DNA of 64,000 nt from Acidobacteriota bacterium (GTDB taxonomy: Bacteria > Acidobacteriota > UBA6911 > RPQK01 > JAJDTT01): the NCBI GenBank assembly GCA_965209055.1, contig OZ242374.1:1088001-1152000 (forward strand), read 5' to 3'. Position 1 is the first letter of the stretch, and the number at the start of each line of letters is the position of its first letter. The translations under genes and the position numbers were made by a program. The notes beneath the pieces were generated by a model. That model searched no databases, was not told the origin of the DNA, and was given only the letters and a program-made list of their open reading frames with translations. This document shows positions 1-8,932 of the stretch, one piece after another.

Positions 1-48
1 TAAATTGTCCGCTCCCGGGATAAGCGGCGGGGGCACGACACCGAGTCA

Positions 49-2379
49 ATGACCAAGATCAACAAGCTCATCAACCAGGAGATCACGCCGCCTTTCCTGA
101 TCACGCTCCTGTTTCTCACCTTTGCCGTCCTGACCCGGGAGTTCGGCCGCCTGACCGAGATCCTCATCCGAGCCGACGCTCCCATCCTGACGGTCGTCAG
201 GACCGTGCTCTCGATACTTCCCAGCATCCTGGTCTTCAGCGTTCCCCTCTCCTTCCTCATCGGGACGCTGATCGGATTCAGCCGCCTCTCCACCGACAGC
301 GAGATCGTTGCCATGCGAGCCTGCGGCATCGGCATCCACCGGATGGTGCGCCATGTGGTCAACATCGGGTTGCTGGTGAGCCTGCTCACGCTGGGGCTGA
401 CGCTGGTGGCGCTGCCGGCCGGGAACTGGAGCCTGCAGACGCTCCGTCATGAGATGGGGGTCCAGCCGGTCCTTTCCCGGATCAAGCCGCGCGTCTTCTA
501 CGAAGGGTTGCCGGGGGGGGCCGTGCTCTACGCCGCCGACGTGGATCTGAGAAACGGTTTCTGGAACGGAGTCTTTCTTTCCAACGGCAACGACGCGGAG
601 ACGGAAATCGTCCTTTCCCGGGGCGGAGAGGCCCTGATCGACCAGGACAAGCGCCGGATTCAACTGCACCTCAAGAACGGGCTGCGCTACAAGACCCCGC
701 GGGACGCTCCCGAAAAAATGACGCTGACCCGGTTTCGCGTTCTGGACTTCGCCCTCCAACTTCCTCCCGTGGAAGAGAGCTCGAACGGTCCCAAGCGCCC
801 CGAAGACAAGGCGCCGATCCAACTCTGGAGGGAGATCCGAGGCGATCCTGGCGCCACGCGGGACCAGAGTTGGCTGGAGTTGAACCGCCGGTTGGCGCTG
901 GCGGTTTCGCCGATCATCTTCGCCGTGCTGGGAGTCGCCCTGGGCGCCCGCAATCATCGCGGCGGGCGCGGCTACGGACTGGTGGCCAGCGTGGTGGTGG
1001 CGCTGGCCTACTATGTCCTCTTCGCCACCGGCTTCGAATTGGCCCGCGGCGGAATGCTGCATCCCCTGGCCGGCGTGTGGGGAACCAACCTGTTGACCGG
1101 TCTGCTGGCTTGGGCGGCGTTCCGTTACGGCGCCCTGGATGCCCGGCCGTTGCGCTGGCGGCACGTCTACCCCCGCCTGGACCGGAGGTTGACCCGGGCC
1201 GCCCGCGCATTGCGGCGGGTGCTCTCCAGGATCCGAAGCAGCACCGCCTTCCAACCGCGACGGTCCCGCCTGGTCCAGATGAGGCCCAGGACGGCTCGCG
1301 TCATCGATCTGTACCTGGTGAAGACCTTTCTCCTCTACTCCGTCCTCGCCCTCTCGGTCACGATGGCGCTCTTCTATCTCTTCACCTTTTTCGACCTCAT
1401 CGACGACGTCCTGGAAAACGACCGTCCCTACGGCTTGTTGGCCTCCTACTTCTTCTACCTGGCGCCGCACATCCTCATGTTGCTGGTGCCCCTTTCCATT
1501 CTCATCGGGACCCTCGTCACCTTCGGCCTGCTGGACAAGACGGGGCAGATCACGGCGCTCAAGGCCTGCGGCGTCAGCGTCTACCGCGTCAGCTTGTCGG
1601 TGCTGGGGATGACTCTGCTGGTCGGGAGCTTCCTCTACGTGCTTCAGGAATACGTCCTTCCCTACGCCAACCAGCGGCAGGACAGCCTGCGCACCATCAT
1701 CAAGGGCCGTCCCGCCCAGACGTTCTACCAGCAGGGGCGGAACTGGATCTTCGGAGAGGGGAAGCGGCTCTACCACTACAACTATTTCGACGTCCACCGG
1801 GGCTTGTTCGGCGATCTCTCCATCCTGGATCTGGACATTCAGACCGGAAGGCTGAAACGGCACGTCTACTCTCAGAAGGCCGTCTGGGACCGGAGCGCCG
1901 GCCGTTGGGTCCTGTCCCAGGGTTGGATCCGCGACCTGGAACACCCGGATCGAAAGGACTTCATCCGGTTCGAGAGCCGTGACTTCGAATTGAGCGAGGG
2001 CCCCGAGTACTTCGCCCGTGAAGTGAAGGAATCCAGCAAGATGACCTACCCGGAGCTGAGCCGGTACATCCGGGACCTGCAGCAGGGGGGCTTCGAGGTG
2101 GACCACCTGAAGACGGATCTCTACACCAAGGTCTCCCTGCCCCTGGTCACGCCCATCATGGCCATTCTGGGCATCCCCTTCGCCTTCTCCATGGGCCGAA
2201 AAGGGGCGCTCTACGGCATTGCCGCCGGCGTGCTCATCGGGATCTGCTACTGGGGCGCCTTCGGAGTCTTCGGCATGATGGGCGCCAACGGCCTGCTCTC
2301 CCCGCTGCTGGCCGCCTGGGGGCCCAACTTCCTGTTCGGTTCCGGCGCCATTCTCCTGTTTTCCATGGTCCGAACTTGA
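49..2379 (+). CDS. lptFG: Fused LptF/LptG LPS export ABC permease
   Basis: Two tandem YjgP/YjgQ-like halves (RLSTDSEIVAMRACGIG; LDKTGQITALKACGVS), each with TM helices and a periplasmic segment. Confidence 0.9.
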   Translation: MTKINKLINQEITPPFLITLLFLTFAVLTREFGRLTEILIRADAPILTVVRTVLSILPSILVFSVPLSFLIGTLIGFSRLSTDSEIVAMRACGIGIHRMVRHVVNIGLLVSLLTLGLTLVALPAGNWSLQTLRHEMGVQPVLSRIKPRVFYEGLPGGAVLYAADVDLRNGFWNGVFLSNGNDAETEIVLSRGGEALIDQDKRRIQLHLKNGLRYKTPRDAPEKMTLTRFRVLDFALQLPPVEESSNGPKRPEDKAPIQLWREIRGDPGATRDQSWLELNRRLALAVSPIIFAVLGVALGARNHRGGRGYGLVASVVVALAYYVLFATGFELARGGMLHPLAGVWGTNLLTGLLAWAAFRYGALDARPLRWRHVYPRLDRRLTRAARALRRVLSRIRSSTAFQPRRSRLVQMRPRTARVIDLYLVKTFLLYSVLALSVTMALFYLFTFFDLIDDVLENDRPYGLLASYFFYLAPHILMLLVPLSILIGTLVTFGLLDKTGQITALKACGVSVYRVSLSVLGMTLLVGSFLYVLQEYVLPYANQRQDSLRTIIKGRPAQTFYQQGRNWIFGEGKRLYHYNYFDVHRGLFGDLSILDLDIQTGRLKRHVYSQKAVWDRSAGRWVLSQGWIRDLEHPDRKDFIRFESRDFELSEGPEYFAREVKESSKMTYPELSRYIRDLQQGGFEVDHLKTDLYTKVSLPLVTPIMAILGIPFAFSMGRKGALYGIAAGVLIGICYWGAFGVFGMMGANGLLSPLLAAWGPNFLFGSGAILLFSMVRT

Positions 2380-2403
2380 GACCATCTTCCGGGCGGTGCT
2401 GAA

Positions 2404-3204
2404 ATGGGAACGGTGAGTCGAGCTCGGAGGAAGCCCGAGGGCTTTCAGATCATTGCCCACGAACGGACCTTCTTCAAGGTCCTGGACCTCATGGACCGCC
2501 TGCCCCGCGGCAAGGTCCTGGACATTCCGTCCGGCGAGGGAGGAATCTCCCACTGCCTGCGGGAGATGGGTTTCCGGGTGGTGGCGGCGGACCTGGACCC
2601 GGGGTTCTTCAAGTGCGCCGGGGTGGAGTGCCGGGGACTGGACATGAACCGTCCCCTGGACCTGCCGGACGAGTCGTTCGACTACGTGGTCTGCCTGGAG
2701 GGGATCGAGCATCTGGAGCATCCCTACCGCTTCATCCGGGAATGCCACCGGGTCCTCAAGTGGCGGGGCAGGCTCATTCTGTCCACACCCAACATCCTGA
2801 ACTCGGCATCCCGGCTGAAGTATTTCCTGACCGGGTTCTATTCCCTCTGTCCCCGGCCTCTGAACGAGTTCGTCCATACGCCCGTCTTCGACCACATCAA
2901 CCCCATGACCTACTACCAGCTCCGGTACGGGCTCCACAGCAGCGGCTTTCGGATCACCCGGGCCACCACCGACCTCTGGCGCCGCTCCTGCTGGCCGCTG
3001 CTCCTCTTCTACCCGTTTCAGCGGCTCTACTCCATCCGGACCATGCGCAAGGAGGCCGACCCCCGCCAGCGGGAGGCCAACAAGGACGTGCGCCGGGCCA
3101 TGCACAGCCTGGATCTGCTGGCCGGCCGCACGCTGGTGCTGGAAGCGGTGAAGGATCATGCTCCCGGGATCGAGAGGATCGACGCCTCCGAAGCGAGGTC
3201 GTAG
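2404..3204 (+). CDS. Class I SAM-dependent methyltransferase
   Basis: VLDIPSGEG motif I; FDYVVCLEGIEHLEHP; RVLKWRGRLILSTPN. Confidence 0.85.
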   Translation: MGTVSRARRKPEGFQIIAHERTFFKVLDLMDRLPRGKVLDIPSGEGGISHCLREMGFRVVAADLDPGFFKCAGVECRGLDMNRPLDLPDESFDYVVCLEGIEHLEHPYRFIRECHRVLKWRGRLILSTPNILNSASRLKYFLTGFYSLCPRPLNEFVHTPVFDHINPMTYYQLRYGLHSSGFRITRATTDLWRRSCWPLLLFYPFQRLYSIRTMRKEADPRQREANKDVRRAMHSLDLLAGRTLVLEAVKDHAPGIERIDASEARS

Positions 3205-3283
3205 GAGTGGCGACATTCCTGTCGCCCGCGCGGAGGGGCGACTTTCCTGTCGCCCACCGGGAGGGGCGACTTTCCTGTCGCCC
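3204..3283 (+). repeat. Three tandem GGAG-type REP palindromes
   Basis: GGAG(G/T)GGCGAC(A/T)TTCCTGTCGCCC x3, directly after the stop codon. Confidence 0.85.
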
Positions 3284-3461
3284 GCCGGGAAGGACGATCT
3301 CCTGACCCGGCATAGCCGGAACCAGGAAACCTTCGGATTCTGATTTCTTCATGAACGTCCACGAGGAGAGACGTCATGAAGAACCCGTTTGTTCAGCTTT
3401 TCCGGATCCTCAATATGCCCCGGGCCAGGGGAGAGAGCTTCCAGGAAGAAAGTTGTCCGGC

Positions 3462-5960
3462 TTACTTTGCAGCGAGCCACCAGGAGGCTCCGAAGGCCGA
3501 GTTTGGGGTGACGAATTTCAAGACGAATTGAGCTGTCGTGACGAACGTACGGTTTGCCGTCTCCTTCTCCACCACCACGGTGCCGCCGATGAACGACCGC
3601 TTGTCCTGAGAAGGAACGCCATCGGGAATCTCGATTGAACTGTCGGATGGATCTCCGTCTCCGAAGTCCTCCGTGCATGTCACCTGGGTGCGCTGGAACG
3701 CCACCCATCCCGGCGAGGCATTCATTGCCGGGTCGAGGAGGGTTTCAAGACCGGCAAAATCTTTCGTCCCCTCGGTTGCCGAAGGGACGATCTCCGTAAG
3801 GTCGGCCAGACTCCAACCCTCCACCCGGTCATTCCCACGGCACTCCGCCACCGACGCATTCGGCCTGACTCCGATGCCATCGACCAGGATATGGAGTCCC
3901 GCTGGGGGCTCAGGCGCGGGGAATCCACCGAACACCGGTTCAACCAGATAGGGGTCCGGCAATGTGTTTCCCATCGCGTCGAAAAGCATCACTTTGTAGA
4001 GGGTCTTGGCGGCAATGAGTTGGTACTCGCCGGGGTCTCCGTAGTCGTCCGCCACCGACAGGAACTCGACCCGCTGATTCTTGTGAGCGCGCCCATGCAG
4101 AGACGACGACAGCAACGCGCCACCGTTGACGACCCGGTTGTTCTCCGAGGGGGTCGGTTCCAGCGCAACCGGCGGTCCGCTGCCGCTATCGTCTGCCCGG
4201 TTGTCGTCGTCCGTTGCGGCGTTATCCCCCTCTGCACCACCGTGCAGCATCGGCGCCAGGCGGGTGTCGTCCGTTCCGTCAAGCACGGTGTAGGCGGAAT
4301 CGATCAGGCCGTGGGTCACGCTGTCGCGCCCGCGGGTGGTCCCGACAGCCGGCCGCACCAGAGCGTTCACACCCCAGGAGACGCCGCCGGTTTCGCTGGA
4401 AACCTGTGCCGCCGTGTGGTGTCCGAGCAGGTAGTTGAAGGCCACGGGCTCATAGTTGTGTACCGTCAAGGGGCCCACGTTCCTGGTTGTCGCATCGGCC
4501 TCGTTTTCCGTGGCGCCCGGTTCGTCCTCCCTGCAATCGAATACTCCTTGGGGTCCGTTCCCGGTGTACCCGAGACCCATGCCGTCGAGCGAAATATTTC
4601 CGCAATTGTCGATGTTGCCGGTCCCATGCATGCCTGCCGCCAGGAAGTCGGGGAAAAGTATGTTCGCCGTGTTCACGGTGTTGGTGCCGTTGCCGTCATC
4701 ATCGACCGAGTTTGCCCCCACCGCCGTAACCACGATCAGAAAACGGCCGGAATTGACACCGGGACGAAGATTTTCGTCCTCATCCGTGAAACTCGTCGCA
4801 GGCAGCTCGCCGAGCAAATCGCTCACGTTGGTGTAATTCTCGCCGTCCTCGTCGTCCGTGCCTGGAATGCTGTGGTCGAAGGGGTCGACCAGGGAGTTTC
4901 CGCCTCCCGGGATGACTCTCAGGTACCAGAGCACCGGCGCCAGCTCGTCGTTGTGGTACTGAACCAACACCGTAACCGCCCTGCCGTCGTTGACGTTGGC
5001 AACGGAGATGAAGTTCTTGTGGGCCATGTCGGCGATGAATAGCAACTGGGAACCCATGCCGGCGTCGACTCCCGGATCCGTCAGCCACTCTGGAGGTGGC
5101 GGATCCTCGTCGTCGAGGATCTCCAACGGCGTCCAGCTCGTCACATAAGTCGCCACTCCCGATTGTCGCAACACCCTCACGTACAACAACTTCTTAGGCT
5201 CGGGATCGTCCTCGTCGTTGTCCACCGCCGTGATGGTCACGAGCCCGGTGCTTGCCGTCGAACCCTGCGGGATCGTCAAAAGTAGATTCGTGCTCAGTGT
5301 GTAGTCGCTGGAATCCGCCCCCTCTCCCTCCGGCAATAAACCCACCTGAACTTGATACTCTACTGGTCCTCGCTCGGAGGGATGGCTCAGCTCCGCCGTG
5401 ACCGTGCAGATCCCCCCGTTCTCTTCGATAATCGAAGGCGTCAGTGTCGCCGTCGTCACGGGAGATTCCTCGTCATCCAGAATCAGGAACTCCCGAACCC
5501 CCCCCAACTGGGCATTGTTCGTTGTCACCTGAGCGTTTACCCGGAGTCGCTTGTGCGGGCGACTGTCCGCGTTGTCGTCCACCGCTGTGATGGTCACAAG
5601 CCCAGTGCTTGAGGTCGACTGCGGAGCAAACGTCAAAATCGTATTCGTGCTCAAAGTGAAGTCGCCATTGTCAGACGGTTCCAAGGCCTGAACATTCGTT
5701 TGCACGGAGATCGTCACCGACACCGCTGTTGACGACGCTTTGTCCATAGTCGCCGTTATGGTCATCACGCCACCGTTTTCGTGGATGATGCCGGTCAATC
5801 CGGCGGCGCCGCTTGTTGCAGTCAGCACCAGTGACACTGTCGGGAGATCCTGCGCCTCCGCCTCGACCGCTCCAATTCCGACGAGATGCGCCAGAATCAG
5901 CAACGGCTCCACGAATCGGATCAGGCGCGCACGATACTCACTGTCTGTGAAGATGGCCAT
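3462..5960 (-). CDS. Secreted protein: two Calx-beta/Ig-like repeats plus a ~530-aa C-terminal module shared with 34177..37725
   Basis: Signal-like N-terminus ending AEA-Q; repeated motif D(F/Y)TLSTN..LT....ST.STGLVTITAVD; C-terminal half aligns by eye with the LRR protein. Confidence 0.75.
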   Translation of the reverse strand: MAIFTDSEYRARLIRFVEPLLILAHLVGIGAVEAEAQDLPTVSLVLTATSGAAGLTGIIHENGGVMTITATMDKASSTAVSVTISVQTNVQALEPSDNGDFTLSTNTILTFAPQSTSSTGLVTITAVDDNADSRPHKRLRVNAQVTTNNAQLGGVREFLILDDEESPVTTATLTPSIIEENGGICTVTAELSHPSERGPVEYQVQVGLLPEGEGADSSDYTLSTNLLLTIPQGSTASTGLVTITAVDNDEDDPEPKKLLYVRVLRQSGVATYVTSWTPLEILDDEDPPPPEWLTDPGVDAGMGSQLLFIADMAHKNFISVANVNDGRAVTVLVQYHNDELAPVLWYLRVIPGGGNSLVDPFDHSIPGTDDEDGENYTNVSDLLGELPATSFTDEDENLRPGVNSGRFLIVVTAVGANSVDDDGNGTNTVNTANILFPDFLAAGMHGTGNIDNCGNISLDGMGLGYTGNGPQGVFDCREDEPGATENEADATTRNVGPLTVHNYEPVAFNYLLGHHTAAQVSSETGGVSWGVNALVRPAVGTTRGRDSVTHGLIDSAYTVLDGTDDTRLAPMLHGGAEGDNAATDDDNRADDSGSGPPVALEPTPSENNRVVNGGALLSSSLHGRAHKNQRVEFLSVADDYGDPGEYQLIAAKTLYKVMLFDAMGNTLPDPYLVEPVFGGFPAPEPPAGLHILVDGIGVRPNASVAECRGNDRVEGWSLADLTEIVPSATEGTKDFAGLETLLDPAMNASPGWVAFQRTQVTCTEDFGDGDPSDSSIEIPDGVPSQDKRSFIGGTVVVEKETANRTFVTTAQFVLKFVTPNSAFGASWWLAAK

Positions 5961-6438
5961 GGTCTGGCGTCCAATACAAACGCTGGTGGTGGAATCTCGA
6001 ATGTGGTCTCGGAATCGAACAGCTCTGGCAGAGGTTGGCCGTCCTGGTCAGAGGGGGTGACGACCACGGTCCCTGCCATCCGGCGAGCCACGTAGTCGGG
6101 GAAGTGCAGGGTCGGTCCCCGGAATGGCCGTCGTCCGCCATTGGATCGACTCGTCGGCGGCCGGGCCATCGGTCTCCCGGGCTGGGCCAGGTCCTTGTGC
6201 CACCGACCCGGCGGTCAACAGCACAGAGGCGACCAGTGCACCCCATATTTTCTTCGCCATGCTGTGCATGACTTCCCCTTTTCTTGAAGCAACTCAGTTG
6301 GCCCCGTGCAGAATAGGGCCGACCGGCATTATACGGGGACGAGTGACATTTCGGTGAAGATCCAAGCTAACCTGGTGTAAAAACGATGATTTTTTCGCCG
6401 ATGCGTGAGCCTGACCGCCTCCACCCGCCCCATCGGCC

Positions 6439-6960
6439 TTGCTCGGCGCCCTGGAAGCGACGGCGGGAGGGATGATCGTGGACCCGGTTGATCCGTGGCG
6501 CACGATCGTCGAGACCCTGGATGGAGCGTTCCTCCGCGCGGCGGACGAGATCTTCCCGGCGAGGCTCTCGAATCCCCACGCCCGGACCGCCTACGCCCAC
6601 CAGGTGGGGCGGTTCCTCGCCTCTATCAAGACGGAGGACGGGTACGGGCTCCGGGACGGGGCGGTCCTGGGGACGCTGATTTGAACCGGCATCCGGGTCG
6701 GGGCCATCAGCCGGCTCCGGACCCGGGACCTGCGGGACCACGGCAACCACCGGGCGCTGCAGTTTGCCGGAAAGGGGGGCAGGTCCCGGGAGATCCCGGT
6801 GCGTCACGACCTGGAGGAGTGGATCGCAGCCTGCCTCGAAGGGGCGGCCCTTGCGGATGCGCCGAAGGCCTCGGCATTGTTTCGCGCCGGACAGCGGCGC
6901 GGCAGTCCGCTCACCGATAAGGAACCCATCGCCCGTTCTTCCGTGTTGTCACGCAATTCT
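6439..6960 (+). pseudogene. Tyrosine recombinase pseudogene
   Basis: One frame reads LRDGAVLGTLI*TGIRVGAISRLRTRD...GKGGRSREIPVRHDLEEW, with an in-frame TGA at 6682-6684; no HxxR or Tyr region follows. Confidence 0.75.
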
Positions 6961-7011
6961 GCCGTTGGAAAGCGTACAGGGGGGACTGCCGTCCCCCCTA
7001 ACACCCCCTTC

Positions 7012-7083
7012 GGCGACAGGAAAGTCGCCGCTCCAACGGCGGTAAGAAAACCGCCGCTCCCGGCGACAGGAAAGTCGCCGCTC
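7012..7083 (-). repeat. REP cluster (three hairpins) forming the 5' exon of the group II intron
   Basis: GGCGACAGGAAAGTCGCCGCTC x2 flanking GGCGGTAAGAAAACCGCCGCTCC. Confidence 0.85.
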
Positions 7084-8928
7084 GTGTGCCCGACATGGGC
7101 TGTCTCTAAGGGATGAAAGATCCCGAAGGAGGTGATGGAACCAACCTTAGCCGAACCGCAAGGCGTAGCCGCGAGGTGAAGCTGGAGGAAGCGGCAGGCA
7201 AACCCACGACTGCAGGAACACGAACCGGCAGTGAGGCCGGGTGCGGGCGGTGAGCTGGCGAGCAACAGCGAAACCCGAACTCCATCCAGACGCACCAGGT
7301 AGAGCCGGGCGGCGCGGGGGGAAAGAGGCAGCACCTTACTCGGGGAGGTCTCAAGGGTGAGAGCCTTTGAGAAGTCAGCAGAGGTCATAGTAGCGAAGAA
7401 GCCGGGTAGAGCTGGTGGAGCGAAGGACCGAAGGAGTCGTACCGACCTTATGGAGGACTCGTCAATGGGGGCATCAAGAACTCCGAGGACGGGACCTGGG
7501 GGAAACCCCGGCCCCGGCCCGGACGGCCCAAGGGTGGAACCCGTCAAGCCGGAAGGGCGGAGTCCGAGTCCCGTTGGCGGCGAAGACCCGGAAAGAAGGG
7601 ACCGGTACGAGTCGCTGATGGACGAGGTGGTCTCGGCAGACAACTTCGAGGCGGCCCTGAAAGCGGTGCAACGCAACCGGGGCGCGCCTGGGGTGGACGG
7701 CATGAAGACCACCGAGTTGAAGGGACACCTTCAGAAACACTGGCCGCGAATCCGAGCCAAACTGCTGGACGGGACCTACGCGGTGACCCCGGTGAAACGG
7801 GTGGAGATACCGAAGCCCAACGGCGGGGTGCGCTGCCTGGGGATCCCGACGGTGTTGGACCGATTCATCCAGCAACTGCTGTTGCAGGCGCTGGAGAAGA
7901 TCTTCGACCCGGGGTTCAGCGAACACAGCTACGGGTTCCGACCGGGACGCAGTGCCCACGACGCCGTGCGAGCGGCGCGTGAGTACGTGGTCCGGGGAGG
8001 CCGGGACTGGGTCGTCGATTTGGACATCGAAAAGTTCTTTGACCGGGTGCATCACGATATCTTGATGCGGCGAATCGGGGCCGTCATCCGGGACAAACGG
8101 GTGCTGAAGCTGATTGGTCGGTACCTGCGCAGCGGGGCTTTGGTGGAAGGCGTCGTGGTGGAGGCGCGGGAAGGGACGCCGCAAGGCGGACCGCTTTCGC
8201 CGCTACTGGCGAACATCTACCTGGACCCGCTGGACAAGGAACTGGAGAGACGCGGGCACCGCTTCGTGCGCTACGCAGACGACTTTCAAGTCTACGTGGG
8301 GGGAGCGGCCGCGGCCAATCGAGTGGTCCGGAACCTGCCGAAGTGGATCGCGAAACATCTGCGGCTGAAGGTGAACGCGCGCAAGTCCGGAGTGGGCCGG
8401 CCCTGGGAGCGAAAGTTCCTGGGCTTCCGGATCACCCGGCAGGGGCAGATCGAAGTGGCCCCGGAGAGCCTGAAGCGGCTGAAGTCACGGGTGCGCCAAC
8501 TCTGGGACGCCCGGCAGAACCTCAGCAGCCAGGGACTGAGAGACCAGTGGCGGCGGTACATCCGAGGTTGGTGGGGCTACTACCGGCTGGCGGAATGGCG
8601 GCGTCCGGTCTGGGACCTGGAGGGCTGGATCCGACGCCACATCCGTAAATGCTTCTGGACGCGCTGGCATAGCTGGCGGGGGCGTCTCCGGCGACTTCGG
8701 TCGCTGGGGATACGCGGTCGACTGTTGCTAGTGGCCCATAGCAGTCGAGGGAGCTGGCGAATCGCCCGGCACTGGACTATGCACACGGCCCTGAGCAACA
8801 GTCGCCTTCGCAACTATGGGTTCCTGGTTCCATCGGACCTCGGGTGACTCCAACCGCCGGATACTGAAAACGGTACGTCCGGTGGTGTGGGAGGGTGCAG
8901 GGGCGCAATCCCCTGCACTCGACCCGCT
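7084..8928 (+). mobile_element. Group II intron, class IIC
   Basis: 5' end GTGTGCCCGACATGG at 7084; short domain V AACCGCCGGATAC-TGAAAACG-GTACGTCCGGTGGT (8852-8886) with CGC triad; domain VI hairpin ending GACCCGCT; inserted right after a stem-loop. Confidence 0.9.
7357..8847 (+). CDS. ltrA: Group II intron reverse transcriptase/maturase, no endonuclease domain; true start probably 7450 or 7618
   Basis: GAPGVDG, RVEIPKPNGGVRCLGIPTVLDR, GTPQGGPLSPLLANIYL, YADD, followed by maturase X domain. Confidence 0.95.
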   Translation: MRAFEKSAEVIVAKKPGRAGGAKDRRSRTDLMEDSSMGASRTPRTGPGGNPGPGPDGPRVEPVKPEGRSPSPVGGEDPERRDRYESLMDEVVSADNFEAALKAVQRNRGAPGVDGMKTTELKGHLQKHWPRIRAKLLDGTYAVTPVKRVEIPKPNGGVRCLGIPTVLDRFIQQLLLQALEKIFDPGFSEHSYGFRPGRSAHDAVRAAREYVVRGGRDWVVDLDIEKFFDRVHHDILMRRIGAVIRDKRVLKLIGRYLRSGALVEGVVVEAREGTPQGGPLSPLLANIYLDPLDKELERRGHRFVRYADDFQVYVGGAAAANRVVRNLPKWIAKHLRLKVNARKSGVGRPWERKFLGFRITRQGQIEVAPESLKRLKSRVRQLWDARQNLSSQGLRDQWRRYIRGWWGYYRLAEWRRPVWDLEGWIRRHIRKCFWTRWHSWRGRLRRLRSLGIRGRLLLVAHSSRGSWRIARHWTMHTALSNSRLRNYGFLVPSDLG

Positions 8929-8932
8929 CTCC

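Noticed and set aside
46-3216. Long antisense ORFs (also 18454..20604, 20570..23356, 24430..27456, 41262..43871)
   Set aside because: Shadow ORFs opposite well-supported genes in high-GC DNA, with no recognisable motifs.
6682-6684. In-frame TGA as selenocysteine or programmed readthrough
   Set aside because: The recombinase also lacks internal and C-terminal catalytic regions, so simple decay explains it.
7357-8847. RT as a retron, DGR or defence RT
   Set aside because: It has a maturase domain and recognisable group II intron 5' end, domain V and domain VI.
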